The translations under genes and the position numbers were made by a program. Under the pieces are notes generated by a model. That model was not told where the DNA came from and did not search any database. It worked only from the letters and a program-made list of their open reading frames with translations. Source: Octopus sinensis (lineage: Eukaryota). Taken from it: a stretch of DNA of 64,000 nucleotides. The stretch's first letter is position 1, and the number at the start of each line of letters is the position of its first letter. Where the stretch lies: the NCBI RefSeq assembly GCF_006345805.1, contig NC_043005.1:3720001-3784000 (forward strand). Reading direction: 5' to 3'. Positions 1 through 13,020 of the stretch are shown here, in pieces.

Positions 1-442
1 AAGATATGCGGCCCATATGACATCAGGACGGTATTCAAGAGTAATACAACACTTCGCAAATATCTCCTTCGAGTAAAACCATCAATAGAAGAGAATATGA
101 CCAAGAACTGCTTGTATTCCATCCCATGCAGCTGTGGTAGGTTATACAAGGGTGAAACATGCTGTCCCCTCAAAATAAGGGTAGATGAACATCGCAAAGC
201 TGTGACACGTGGAGATATTGATAAATCGGGTATAGCTGATCATGTATGGAAAACTGGAGACCACCTCCCCCTGTAGGATGAAGTTAAAAAAATAGACAGA
301 GAACACCACTGGAAAATACGGAAACTAAAAGAAGCAGCACATATGCTAGGACACAACAACCTCCTAAGTAGACCCAAGTGCAGATATGAGTAGCATATGG
401 GAACCAGTATTAAGGAAGGATAGGAAAATATTAGATTTATAA
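1..442 (+). mobile_element. Penelope-like retroelement (PLE) 3' fragment, GIY-YIG endonuclease region, inactivated
   Basis: Frame 1 reads KICGPYDIRTVFKSNTTLRKYLLRVK...NCLYSIPCSCGRLYKGETCCPLKIRVDEHRK...SGIADHVW...*DEVKKIDREHHWKIRKLKEAAHM. This matches the PLE GIY-YIG pattern (VYxIPCxCGxxYIGETxRxLxxRxxEH). In-frame TAG at 274-276 (likely from TGG), a frameshift near 370-377, and probable original stop TAA at 440-442. Truncated by the window start. Confidence 0.85.
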
Positions 443-471
443 GCCCTAAAATTCACTCCATAATTGCCCAC

Positions 472-709
472 AGGCATATAGCTTAGTGGTTAAGAGTGCA
501 GGTTACTAACCCCAAGATCCCGAGTTTGATTCCAGGCAGTGACCTGAGTAATAATAATAATAGTAACATCGAAAAATACCTTAGGAATGAGAACCCAGGT
601 TCGAAATTTCCTCAAGACACTTGATGAAGGCTGGAGGGTATATCAGCCAAAACATGTTAACAACAAACACGATGTAAATAATTCCTCATCTCTTAAATAT
701 AGAACTGTA
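472..709 (+). mobile_element. PLE terminal repeat: tRNA-like head plus degenerate hammerhead motif (copy A)
   Basis: A-box-like TAGCTTAGTGG and B-box-like GTTTGATTCC, then GACAC-TTGATGA-A-GGCTG-loop-CAGCC-AAAAC (616-653). The 3' end ATAGAACTGTA is shared with copies E and F. Confidence 0.7.
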
Positions 710-940
710 GAAGTAGTATTAGTTTAAAATAGCCATCTGTGTATTATACTTAATGCAGATATATCTTGGAAAGCCTAATTAACTGTGTTGTTCATCCAGG
801 GATAATATCGCGTATCAATGTACAGTGTTGAATAACACAAAGCAGTGTTATGAAGAGCAGTGCTGGTACTGCTAGTCCTGGCATTTGGTCCTCAAACTAG
901 GAACCTTGTGTAGAGTGTGGTTGTCTCAAAAAGAAATTGT

Positions 941-1277
941 GTTGAGGAAGATGAAAGCTTTTTGAAAACATTCATAACAGGCGATGACTCCTGGGTCTGT
1001 GACTATGACCCTGAAACCAAGGCAAAATTCAAATCCCAATTGTAAGGAGCAACATTTCAAAACTTTGAGGAAATCCAAGAAAATCCAACGAGGTTGTTGC
1101 TTGCTATTCTCAAAAAGGAGTCCCAGGAAAGCTTTCCTCAATGGAAACAATGCTGGATAAAGTGTGTGGCTTGAGAAGGAGGGGGACTACTTGAAAGGAG
1201 GTTAAATGCCAAATTGGAATGTGTTGCAGTTTTGTTTTTAAAGCACCACTCCTGGTAGTTTTTAATCAGACCTCGTA
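941..1277 (+). mobile_element. mariner/Tc1 transposon remnant, internally deleted
   Basis: Translates FLKTFITGDDSWVCDYDPETK (first catalytic Asp motif ITGDE) joined to a C-terminal piece ...FPQWKQCWIKCVA*EG. Ends in TIR-like TTTAATCAGACCTCG followed by TA. Confidence 0.75.
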
Positions 1278-1857
1278 TAGAAGTGTCTGTCTATTAAATG
1301 TAGTTGAGAAGGTCATCGTATGCAGTTTCATTTTTAATTGGTCTGTTTGAGGAGGAGGTGGAGGAGGAGGAGAGAATGTTGCTCTCTTTGATAGAAATAC
1401 AGAAACAACTTGATGGGGTTAATGAGTGAAATTATATATCCAGTTTAAATTACTGCTGATGAATAACGGGAGAAAATGAGGTGGCAAGCTGACCGAATCG
1501 TCAGCATACTGGGCAAAATGTTCACAAGGCATTTCACCAATCTCTGCATTCTGAGTTCAAATTCTGGCGAGGTGGACTTTGCCGTTCGTCCTTTCAGGCT
1601 TGATAAAATAAGTACCAGTTTCGTGCTGGGGTTGATGTAATCAACTTCTCTCCTCCTCGAAATTGCCGGCCTTGTGCCGAAATTTTAAACCAATAATTGG
1701 AGAAAATGGACAATAAAGGAGTTTCAGAAAAACAGTAAGATGGGTTGGACAGTGTTTAGGGTTTAGTGTAAATGATGAAATACAGGGGAGAGGGAACAAA
1801 GGAGGAGGAGGCAGCAAGGGTACAGGGGGGAGGTTATTGTTTAGCTCCAGGTCATCT

Positions 1858-2068
1858 TTAACCCTTTTGCACGTAGATTACTCAGTCAAATGTAATGCTT
1901 ATTTATTTCAAATTGTTCTGAATTAATCATGCATTATCTTGTAGCTTGAGGTTATTTTCAAATGGCATTGTAGGATAGGTGTGAGAGGCTGGATCTGGCC
2001 AGTTTGAACATGAAATGCATAGCAGAATATTTGGGTCAGATGTGCTGGTTTGAATGCAGAAGGGTTAA
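1858..2068. mobile_element. TTAA-flanked (piggyBac-like) MITE, family 1
   Basis: Termini TTAACCCTTTTGCA...TGCAGAAGGGTTAA. Related copies at about 9664-9874, 14500-14630, 29000-29205 and 51530-51690. Confidence 0.65.
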
Positions 2069-5000
2069 CAGATCAGGTTTTTGACTAAAGGTGTTGTGTT
2101 TCACTGGGAGCGGCAGGGAGTCAGCAGGGTTTAGAAAATGGAGGAGAAACTGCGGAGGCGGAGGTGGAGAGGGGGAGTAAGAAGATAAAGGGTCAACTGG
2201 TGATTATAGTGTTGTTGACAGTATATTAAGCTATCAGTATGGTGTGTGTGTGTGTGTGTGTGGTAGGTGCTTTGTTCTGGTTATGTGAACTATTAATTAA
2301 ATATAATCACTTCAAATATTGTAGCTTCTGAGAGAGAGAGAGATGGTTTTGACCATCATGTTATTGACTGTCTATTTTTGGTAATTTACGTAAGCCTCTA
2401 CTTATGTTGCTCTTAACATCCGTCCACACAAACTGGCAACTTGGTCGCTTGTTCTTCATTTCAAGCTCTCCTCTTGACACTTCTAAACACTCCTCTCTCC
2501 CCCCCCCTGTACCCCATCCTCTCCGCACACATCCTCAGGTTCATGCTGTTTATTTGCTGCTGGTATGTGTATAATAAAAATGAATAATTAGTGTGCCAGA
2601 TGCTCTTGTCATGGATTGGAAAGCACAGGCATGGCTGTGAGGATAAGAAGTTTGCTTACCACTCTTGTGGCCTCAGGTTCAATCCCACTGCATTCCACCT
2701 TGGGCAGATGTCTGCTGTAGATACAAACATGGCTGTGATTAAGAAGTTCACTTCCCATATAGTTTCAGGTTGAATATCACTGTGCGGTAGCACTTTGAGC
2801 ATGTCTTCTATAACCCTGTGTTGATGAAAGCCTTGAGTGGATCCATTAAAAACTGAAAGAAACACACACACACACACACACACATATATGCGTGCTTGTG
2901 TGTGTGTGTGTGTGTGCATATGAGTGACCATGTTTATGTGAGTTAGTATTTTCCTCCTCTTTGCATGTGTTTGCTGGTGGCCTCCCAAGCAAACATTGTT
3001 GTTTGCAGTCCAGGCTTCTTTGTGGTCTGTTTCGTTTGGAAACCAGCAGGAGGTTGGCATTAGGAAGGACATAGAAAAACTATTCTCGTTTGACCCAAGC
3101 AAGCACAGAAAAATAGTCATTAAGATGATGATTGATTAAATTGTACTTCTTTCACAATTGGAGATTTTTCTGCCAATTTGCTCTGTTTTTTTTCTTCGTT
3201 TTATATTAACTCTTGACCATTTTTCTTGTAAAATAAATACATGAGTAACAATTTATTTTGAAAGTAATGAAGAATTTATTAAAGTAGCTTTTTCATTCTG
3301 CTTGTTTTGGACCAGAACTTCACAGAAAGTTCTTATATAAAATAATGGTGTTATATTGGTATCAAATTTTGGCACAAGGCCAGCAAGTTCAGGGGAAGGG
3401 GTAAGTAGATTATATCCACCCCAGTGCTTAACTGGTACTTATCTTATTGACCCCCAAAAGAATGAAAGGCAAAATTGACCTCAGCAGAATTTGAACTCAG
3501 AATATGAAGGATGACGAAATACTGCTCAGCATTTCAGCCGGTGTGCTAACGATTCTGCCTTGGAAATAATCATGTTAAATTATGAACTCTTTAATCTTTT
3601 TTGATCCCAACCCTTGTTCTATGATACCAATTCTTTGTTTTAAAGTGTTTTAAATTAAAAACCTCCCACTAAAATTTCCTGCTATTTTACTTTCTAAACA
3701 CCAGCTTCATAATGTGACTAACCTCTTTGTTATTTTCAAAATGAATTGAAAAAAAAGATAGTATATTCCAAGAGAAATAGGGCAGTGAAAGGGATTAAGA
3801 TGAGAGGCTTTGTAATTCAGACGTAGCAGTGGCCTCAGGTGTGTTCAGCATCGTTCAAATTACCTTTTCTTTGTTCCTGACTGGAATCTAAATTTCTGTG
3901 GCAAGACAAGTGATGTACGATAGCAGAGGGGGAGTTGGTAGCCTGTTATCTGAGGCAAGATTACCAACTGTTGTGTATTTCTGTTGGGATAACACTGAGG
4001 ATAGCTTCAACATTCTCCATATTATATTCTGTCTTTTCTCTTTGAATTCACAATAGTGTTGTGTCTGCAGAAAGAAATCAATATTTTAGTGAAAACAAGG
4101 TGGCTGAATCGTGAGCATGCCAGGCGAAATGCTTAGCGATATTATGTCTGACTCTCCTACACTCTGAGTTCATATTCCACCAAGGTCGACTTTGCCTTTT
4201 ATTGACCCCTTTCGGGGTCAATAAATTAAATACCAGTTGTGTACTGGGGTCAATCTAATCGACTTTCCGCCTCCTCAAAGATTTTGAGCTTTGTGCCTAG
4301 AATAGAAAAGAATTCTTAGCATGTGAAAGTAGTGAGCTGGCAGAAATGTTGGCAAAGTGCTCAGGGGTATTTCGTCTGTCGTTATGTTCGGAGTTCAAAT
4401 TCTGCTGAGGTCAAGTTTGCCTTTAATCCTTTTGGGGTTGATAAATTAAGTACCAGTTGTGTGCTACGGGTCAATCTAATCAACTGCCCCCCCCCCCAAT
4501 ATTTCAGGCCTTGTGCCTAAAGTAGGAAAAAAAAAAATTTTGTGGAAAGAAACCTTGAAATTAACAAATCAATATTGATTATCATAGGCTTCTCCCCTCC
4601 CCTAATACTATCAGATTACTTGGGTATGTGTATAATTTATATATATATTATCTTGTTTCAGGCGTTGAACTGTGGCCATGCTGGGGCATTACCATGAAGG
4701 GTTTAATCAAACAAATGGACCTCAGTACTTATTTTAAATCTGGTGCTTATTTTATTGGTCTCTTTTGCCAAACTGTTAAATTATGGGGACATAAACAAAC
4801 CAACACCAGCTGTCAAGCTTGGCAAATGCACACACACACACCTATGTGTATGAGATAAGCTTCCGTGCAGCTTCTGTCTGGCAAATTTACTCATAGGGCA
4901 TTGGCTAGCCTTGCATTCTGAGTTCAAATTCTGGCGAGGTGGACTTTGCTGTTCGTCCTTTCAGGCTTGATAAAATAAGTACCAGTTTCGTGCTGGTGTT

Positions 5001-7195
5001 GATGTAATCAACTTCTCTCCTCCTCGAAATTGCTGGCCTTGTGCCAAAATTTTAAATCAATAATTAAAGAAAATGGACAATAAAGGAGTTTTAGAGAAAC
5101 ACAGTAAGATGGGTTGGACAGTGTTTAGGGTTTAGTGTAAATGATGAAATACAGGGGAGAGGGGACAAAAGGAGGAGGAGGAGGAGGCAGCAAGGGTACA
5201 GGGGGGGGGTATTGTTTAGCTCCAGGTCATCTTTAACCCTTTTATACGTAGATTACTCAGTCAAATGTAATGCTTATTTATTCAAATTGTTTTGAATTAA
5301 TCATGCATTATCTCGTAGCTTGAGGTTATTTTCAAATGGCATTGTAGGATGCTTGCCGAAGGTGCCATGCAGTGGGACTGAACCTGAAACCATGTGGCTG
5401 CAAAGCAATGTTCTTAAATCCCTCCCCGCCTCTCCCTCTCTCTCTCTAGCTCATGTGTCATCCCCAGCATAGCAAGACACATGCTTGTGTTGATATGATA
5501 GGTTGCTTGTAAATTCACCGTTTAAATGCCAACACTTGTGGAAGTGTTTGAGTCTTATTTAGCCCTTGGTCATCGACTCTCCCATCATTAGACAATGCAT
5601 GAGGTTTCAACAATTTCCTTAATTGTTAGAAACGTTCGCACACGGGACGAGTATTTCGTCTGTCTTTACATTCTGAATTCAAATTCCACCAAGGTCGACT
5701 TTGCTTTTCTTCCTTTCGGGGTCAATAAATTAAGTACCAGTTGCATACTGGGGTCAATTTAATTGACTGGCCCCTTCCCCCAAAATTTTGGGTGTTGTGC
5801 CTAGAGTAGAAAAGGTTATTTAACCCCTGGTCAGCTTTGATGATGGAATGGGTTTCTTGTAATCTTAGACATTTAAGTATTTGCTTCTTTCTTCTGCTGC
5901 AAACGTTTACACAGTTGGGTGTCCTTTTTGCTACGAACAATTCACCTCACATTTTGAAGCAAGTGGAGGAGCTTAGTGGGTCTTGGGACACGGCTGGATA
6001 GCAACAGTAAGATTTGAACTCTTCAGTGGTATTTATTTTACCGACCATGGATAGGTGCACTGTAACCACAGAGCCTCTTATTTTTATCTTGTCTTTGACT
6101 GTGGCCATACTGGGGCACTTCCTTGAAGAATTTTAATCAGGTGAATTGACACCAATACTTTTTCTTTTAAAGCCTGGTACTTATTCTGTTGATCTCTTTT
6201 GCTGAACTGCTAAGTGCAAAAAAAAACCCCAACATTAGTTGTCAAGCAGTAGTTCGACCCCCCCCCCCCAACTGGCTTCTTTCAGTTTCTGCTTACCAAA
6301 TCCATTCACAAGGCTTTGGTTGGCCCAAGGCTGTAGTAGTAGTACACTTGGCCAAGGTGCCTTGCAGTGGGACTGAACCGAGAACCGTATGGTTGGGAAG
6401 GGAACTTCTTACCACACAGCCATGCCTGCACCCCTATCCATATTTTGGGTTCTACAACATGTACACTGATCAAGCAGTAGATAAATGTATATCGAGGCCA
6501 TGTTGCTTGAAAAGAATCAAAATCTCCTGCTAAATGGCTAGACACCATTAGAAGACATGAAGCTCTTCATGGGTTTGTGTTAAGAATACATATTGGAGAT
6601 GAACCCCATTGCTGCACTGACTGGAAAGTGTCTTTGTCAAAGAGCAAGAGCTTCCCATATTGCATTATATTGCACCTTCATTTTATGAACTGCAACAGCA
6701 TTTGGTCGGTTCCCAATGCACCAATTCCTGCGTCACTCTGTTTTTTATAGTAAGAGGGACTAGCGAATGTTATTGCCACTTGGACAGATTAAATACCACA
6801 AGGTATTTTTTACTCAACATACTGGTTTTCCCACTGATGTTTACAATCTTTAGCCAGTATATCTGATATATATGTGCATTAAATGTATATACAAACATTT
6901 GTTTATATATATATATATCATTATATTTTGGTCTTTAAAATAGATGTACTGTGTTGTAAACGAGGGACTAAAAAGAGTATCGTGGAGGATATCTAAGCTG
7001 TAAAACATTTAAACATCGCCCCCCCAACCCATTCCTGTCTAACCCATGCCAGCAAGGAAAAGTGGTCCTAAAAATGGTGATACAAACGCACAAATGTTTC
7101 TCATAGTTTCCACTTGCCAAATTTCTTTGTCTGTGAATAGGTCAGCCTTAGACTTATACAACATCTGTTCAGTTTTATTATTATTATTATTATTT

Positions 7196-7330
7196 ACATT
7201 TGATGGATATTTGTCCTCATCTTGTTTGTTGTTAACACAACATTTTGGCTGATATACCCTCCAGCCTTCATCAGGTGTCTTGGGGAAATTTCAAACCTGC
7301 CTGGGTTCTCATTCTTAAGGTATTTTTCGA
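7196..7330 (-). mobile_element. tRNA/hammerhead PLE-repeat family, copy B (no tRNA head)
   Basis: Reverse complement reads GACAC-CTGATGA-A-GGCTG-GAGGGTATAT-CAGCC-AAAA-TGTT-GTGTT (7234-7279). G12 is changed to A. Confidence 0.7.
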
Positions 7331-7963
7331 TGTTATCATCATTATTATTATTCATGTCACTGCCTGTATTATCATTATTATTATTATTTAGACAGTGAGC
7401 TGGTAGAATTCTTATTGTGCTGGACAAAATACTTAGTGACATTTAATCCAGCTTTATGTTCTGAGTTCAAATTCCACCAAGGTCGACTTTGCCATTCATC
7501 CTTTCGGAGGTTGATGAAATAAGTACCAGTTACACACTGGGGTCGATGTAATCGATTAGTCCCCCTCCACCAAAATTTCAGGCTTTGTGCCTTTAGTAGA
7601 AAGGATTATTATTATTAAAAGTGTTGAACTGATATCATTTTGATATTCTTTATTATCCTTTAATGTTTTGAGTTTAGGTAACAAGGAATCGGTTCCTGCG
7701 ACTACACTTCTCTGCAAACTACTCTCTGTTGCTATTCAGCTTTTGTAGTATGAAAGATGTCTTTATAGAAAGACAATTCCTAGCACACACACACACACCA
7801 CATGAAGATTTTTTTCATTTTCAATCACCATATTCTTGAGATATATAGTTTCCTTTCTTTTCTTTCTTTTCACAGTCCTTGTTATTTTATTGATAAATCT
7901 TCGATTCACCATTGTTAATAATCCTTTTTTTTTCTAACTTCTTGTTTCCAGTTGAGTAGCAAA

Positions 7964-8201
7964 ATGGGATTGCTGTGCCGGTATTATAAGCAAAAATATC
8001 CTGAAGTGGATGATGTGGTAATGGTGAACGTGCGTTCCATTGCTGAAATGGGGGCCTATGTACATTTATTAGAATATAATGACATTGAAGGAATGATCCT
8101 GCTCAGTGAATTATCCCGACGACGTATCCGATCAATTAATAAACTTATCCGTGTTGGCCGAAGTGAATGTGTTGTTGTTATTCGAGTTGACAAAAACAAA
8201 G
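7964..8201 (+). CDS. EIF2S1: eIF2-alpha coding exon 1 (S1 domain, Ser51 loop)
   Basis: Acceptor ttccag at 7950-51, ATG at 7964, [80 protein letters not shown], donor gtaggt. 238 nt, phase 1. Confidence 0.97.
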
Positions 8202-11200
8202 GTAGGTAGTATAGACCTTCCCCCTCGTTTTTATGTTTGCATTGGTTGGTTTCTGCAGCTGGATGCCTTTCCTGTCATCAACCCTCACCTGTTTTCAAGC
8301 ACGGTAATATTTCCCCTCCATACCCAGATACGTTTTCACAGAATGTTGGAAACAAGAACAACTGCTTGCATGATGATGGCACATCATATCTCTCACACAA
8401 CGTCCAGACAATAAAACATGCACTCACTCACTCACTCATCATTTTAAAGTCCACTTTTCCATGCTTGCATGGATCAGGCGGAATTTGTCGAGGCAGATTT
8501 TCTATGGCTGGATGCCCTTCCTGTTGCTGACCCTCACCTGTTTTCAAACAAGGTAATAATTGCTCTTGGTTGCACACATTTTCAATGAAAAGTGGAAGTG
8601 AACGACACTGCTTATATGACAGTGACACTCGCTTACAATTATCACATCAAGACAAGGTGACAGAAACACAAACACACATACGTACATAGAGAACAATTTT
8701 GAATATAAAATAATTTTTAATACTAAGTTTCATTTCAAGGCAGTGAGATGACCGAATTGTTAGCATGCTGGGCGAAATGCTTGGCACCATTTCGTCTGTC
8801 TTCACGTGCTGAGATCAACTTTGCCTTTCATCCTTTTGGGGTTGATAAAGTAAATACCAGTAAAATACTGGGATCCATGTAACTAACTTAGTACCTTCCC
8901 CGAAATTGCCTTGTGGCAAAATTTGAAGTCAGTATTGTCATTTGAATGAAGTTTGATTTAAAATAAAAATATGTTACCGACATCAAAATTGATGTGGGAT
9001 GACCAACGGGTCTGTTTATATTCTGAAGTTATGTTTATGTGTGTAAATCATATTGGTGTGTGCATGTCATGCATATACCGTTTATATCCATTTTCTGAAT
9101 GGACTTATATAGCCAGCAGTACTCTTGAAGTTAGTAAAACCACCCACTTATTTTCACACACACACACACGTGTAGTGGATTAAATTCAACCACACATGCA
9201 TTCACACAGACATCTTAGACACACCACACACACACACACCACACACACACACACACCACACACACCACACACACCACACACATGCTTATTTTATTTCAGA
9301 ATATAGGTAGACCTGTTAATTAACATCATCATCATTTAATGTCCCCTTTTCATTGGTTTGATGGTTTGAGAAGAACAGATGAGCCTGAGGGTTCTGTCTG
9401 TTTCGCCATAGTTTCTACAGCTGGATGCTCTTCCTAATGCCAACCACATTACAGAATATACTGGGGGATTTTTATGTAGCATCAGCCCCACTGCTTTTAA
9501 ACATGACACTCACACCAGTGTTTTTTACATGGCACTGTCACCAGTGTTTTTGTGTGTGTGTGTGTGTGGCACCATCACCAGTGCTTTTTATGTGGCATCG
9601 TTACCAGGCTTTGAAGTTAAGATGATGATCTATTGACCTTTGTCCATATTAAGCAAGAAACATTAATCCTTTAGCAGATTACTCTGTCAAATGCAATGCT
9701 TATTTATTCAAATTGTTTTGAATTAATCATGCATTATCTTGTAGCTTCAGAATTTTGATGAAAGGATTGTTATTTTTAGAATGACATTGTAGAGTTGGTG
9801 TGATAGGTCAGATTTAGCCAGTTTGTACAAAATATTTAGGTCAGAAATGGCTGGTTTAAATGCCAAAGGCTTAAACTCTGCTTGCTGCAGTCTATTTGAA
9901 TGCTTTTCCAGCTATAGAGAACATTTTTGTTGAAACAATTTTTTTTGTTTTAACAAGAAGTCAGAAATTGTAGCCAGTTGTTGGACAGGACTTGAGGTAG
10001 GTTTGTTGTGTTTATGAAGATTATATTGAAGGTAATGTCAAGGTAGGCATAAGTTTCTTATCATCAAACACAGGTCTTTCATGTTGTACAAAATACAGAT
10101 ATAAAAGACTGTTGTTGCTATAGTAACAAATAAAAACCTGTAATCTTAGTGGAACAAGGAAGTAAAAACCACAAACAAACTAGTTGCTCGGTCAACACCA
10201 AAATCTATTATTGTGTTGGAATGTCTTTCATATGAACTACATTTACTAGTCTTTGGAAACAGACCGTTTTCCTTCACAGTAATAAAACTCCCCCAGTTTA
10301 AAGCAATTAGCTAAATTGTTTAGCCTTTTCGTAACCATATTTCCATCGAAATGCATCTCCTCTGTTTCAATTAGTTTCAAAAATAATGAAGACTTTATGC
10401 AAGTGACTTATTAATTAAGCTGGTGGTTGGAATTGAAATTAACAGGAAATTTTGATGGGAGGATTTAAGTGAGATCGCTTTAAAACAAGGAAGTTGTATG
10501 ATAATATCCAAGGCTGGTTTCCGATTCGTTTCGAAAGAGTTATTTTCTCAAATTACCAGTAATTACATTATTAAAAAGCAAAGTTAAAGGCAACCCCCTT
10601 TTTTAATGAAATAGAAAGAATTAAAACTGAAGTGAAAAGGAAGGACCCAGTAGAAGTCAGACTCTACATTTGTAGGTGCAGATGTGGTTCTGAGGTCAAG
10701 AAGTTTGCCAAGGAACCATGGGGTTAGGGTTTCAATCCTACTGTGTGAACATTGTTGCTTGACATTCTATTCTATGACCATGACAGAAATTGAAGTAACC
10801 TGTCGTGTGTGTGTGTGTGTGTGTTTCCCTCCTTCTTTCACATGTGTTCCCTGACCCCTAAATGGCATGCTGTCCATACAGGTAATGTCCTATGCTTTTT
10901 TACCAACTGTAAAAGCACGTGCTGCATTCTTGACATAGCCTCCTCACATGTATTGTGAAAGCTTTGTAAACAAAAGGCTCATCCAAACTGGGTTGTCTTG
11001 GATGTGTTCACAGTAGAAGGCTTACTTAGTCTGATGATGATGATGATGACAATGTCTTATTGATTCCACAGTTCATGAACTTCTTCTACGCCTTCTGTCT
11101 CCATCTCAAAGGTTGTTTGAGTTTAATCTTGTTGTTTTGTTGTTGGTTTGTTTATAGATTGCCAACTGCTTCATGTGACGACTGCTCAGTTGGTGTTGTC

Positions 11201-12050
11201 TTAACACTGAGCATTTGTGGCTTTCATCCATATTTACTGAGGTCAGTTCACGTTTCCAATGATTCCACTGCCTCAGTCTTTCAACTCATTTCAGTTTAAA
11301 AGTAGTCAAGAATTTGAATGGATTTCGTGAAATCACTTTTATCTGGCTTTTGTTTGCAACAGTCTTAAAGATTTCTTCCATGAAATTATGATGGAAGGTT
11401 TTGATTGAAATACCAATCCCCTTTTGTGGGTGTGGTTGTGCGGTTAGAAACTTTGCTTCCTAATTATGCAGTCTCAGGTTCAGGTCCACTGGGTGGCACC
11501 TTGCGTCAAGTGTCTTCAGGACTATAGTCCTGAAGTGATCAAATCCTTATGGATGGATTTGGTAGACAGAAACTGAAGGAATCCTGTCATGTGGATGAAT
11601 TCTTTATTGTCATGCACCACATCTGGCATAGTATTGCCCCCCCCCCTCAGTTTACCATGAAAATAGACACCAATTCCATTTGGAAAGTTTTCTGTTTGCT
11701 AACACTCCTAAGTAGTATTTACTCTCTCAACCCTGAAAATGTTGGAGGAATGTTTTGCTAAATTTACTCCTGCAGCTTTGATATTTGGCCAAAGATTTGA
11801 GAGGAAATATGCAGTTATTGTTATTATTTAGCCCTGGGTAAATCCAGATTGAATACATTTTAGAGTTGACCACACCCGTTGAATTCTGTCGCATCATACT
11901 TGCGCCTACATAAAGCAACATATCTCTTTTTAAAATTTTAGGGGACGTTTTTTTGTGTGTTTTTTGTTGTTGTACAGGCATGAATAGCAACATTTAAAGT
12001 AATTTGAAAAGCTTCACTGTTGCCCCTAAATGTTTCTACTTTAATTTCAG

Positions 12051-12130
12051 GTTACATTGATTTGTCTAAAAGAAGAGTTTCCCCCGAAGAAGTAGAAAAA
12101 TGTGAAGAGAAATATGCTAAAGCTAAGACT
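12051..12130 (+). CDS. EIF2S1: eIF2-alpha coding exon 2
   Basis: tttcag|[27 protein letters not shown]|gtaagc. 80 nt. Confidence 0.96.
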
Positions 12131-12424
12131 GTAAGCATCACAGGCTCATTTTTTGCCATCCTCATCATTTAGCATCCGTTTTCCATTCTAGTATGGGTGG
12201 TTTGACTGGAGCTGGTGTAAGCCAGAGAGCTGTACCAGGCCCCAGTCTGTCTTGGCCTGGTTTCTACAGCTGGGTGCCCTTCCTAATGTATACTCTACAG
12301 TGTATACTGGGTGCCTTTTACACAACTTCAGCATGAGTGCTTTCCGTGTGTCACCAGCACTGGCTGGGATTACAATCTTACTGAGTTTCACCTATCTTCT
12401 CAAGCACAACAAATTGCCAAAAAG

Positions 12425-13020
12425 TGTTGGTCACTTGTCATCATCTCCATGATACTCAACCACCAAAGATTATATTTTGCCATTTCGTCCCATGTCTTCC
12501 TGGGTTTCTCTCTTCCACAGCTTCTCTCCACATTTAGACTTCAGCACTTCTTTACGCAGCTGTTCTTGTCCACATGCATCACGTGCACCAGCACAGTCAT
12601 CTCTCCTGCACTCTACAGCTGATGCCTCTTATGCCCAGTTTTTCTCTTAGGACACTTACGCTCTGTCCGACATGCCCATTGACACTGCACATTCAGCAGA
12701 GCATGCTAGCTTTATTTCATGTCCTCTGCAATCACAGCCCATCTTTCTCTGTGATGTAGCATGGCTGTTCGCACACAGGCATCGTACAATCTGCCTTTCA
12801 CTCTGAGGGAGAGGCCTTTTCTTATCAACAAAGGTAGAAACTCTCTAAACTTTACCCAGCCTCTTCTTATTCTAGCAACTCCACTCTCAGAGTATCCTCC
12901 TCCACTGCTGACTTAGTCACCTAGGTAACAGTAGTTATCTACTACTTCAAAGTATCCCCCGGGGCATTGAACAGAGTCTATTCTTTATCGTTTACTGTAC
13001 CTCCACATCTGCTGCACTTT
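12425..13020 (-). mobile_element. RTE-clade LINE 3' fragment, degraded
   Basis: Reverse strand gives FEVVDNYCYLGD*VSSGGGYSESGVARIRRGWVKFREFLPLLIRKGLSLRVKGRLYDACVRTAML...QSVSVLREKLGIRGI, typical of the RTE RT C-terminal region. Many stops and frameshifts. Confidence 0.75.

Noticed and set aside
472-545. Functional tRNA gene (also the heads of copies C, D, F and the SINE heads)
   Set aside because: A and B boxes are present, but the acceptor and T stems do not pair and the segment is fused to repeat bodies. It is tRNA-derived only.
2656-3120. 154-aa ORF and similar ORFs (15716-16201, 34597-35067, 41672-42025, 17507-17920)
   Set aside because: They are made of microsatellites (HTHT, CVCV, YIYI) and SINE/LINE pieces, with no protein-like composition.
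710-7950. EIF2S1 promoter or non-coding first exon
   Set aside because: The acceptor at 7951 implies an upstream exon, but I found no CpG-rich promoter or convincing donor. It may lie outside the window. The same applies to LMBRD2 beyond 58604.
8106-8530. ORFs overlapping or following EIF2S1 coding exon 1
   Set aside because: They are alternative-frame read-through into intronic repeat sequence.
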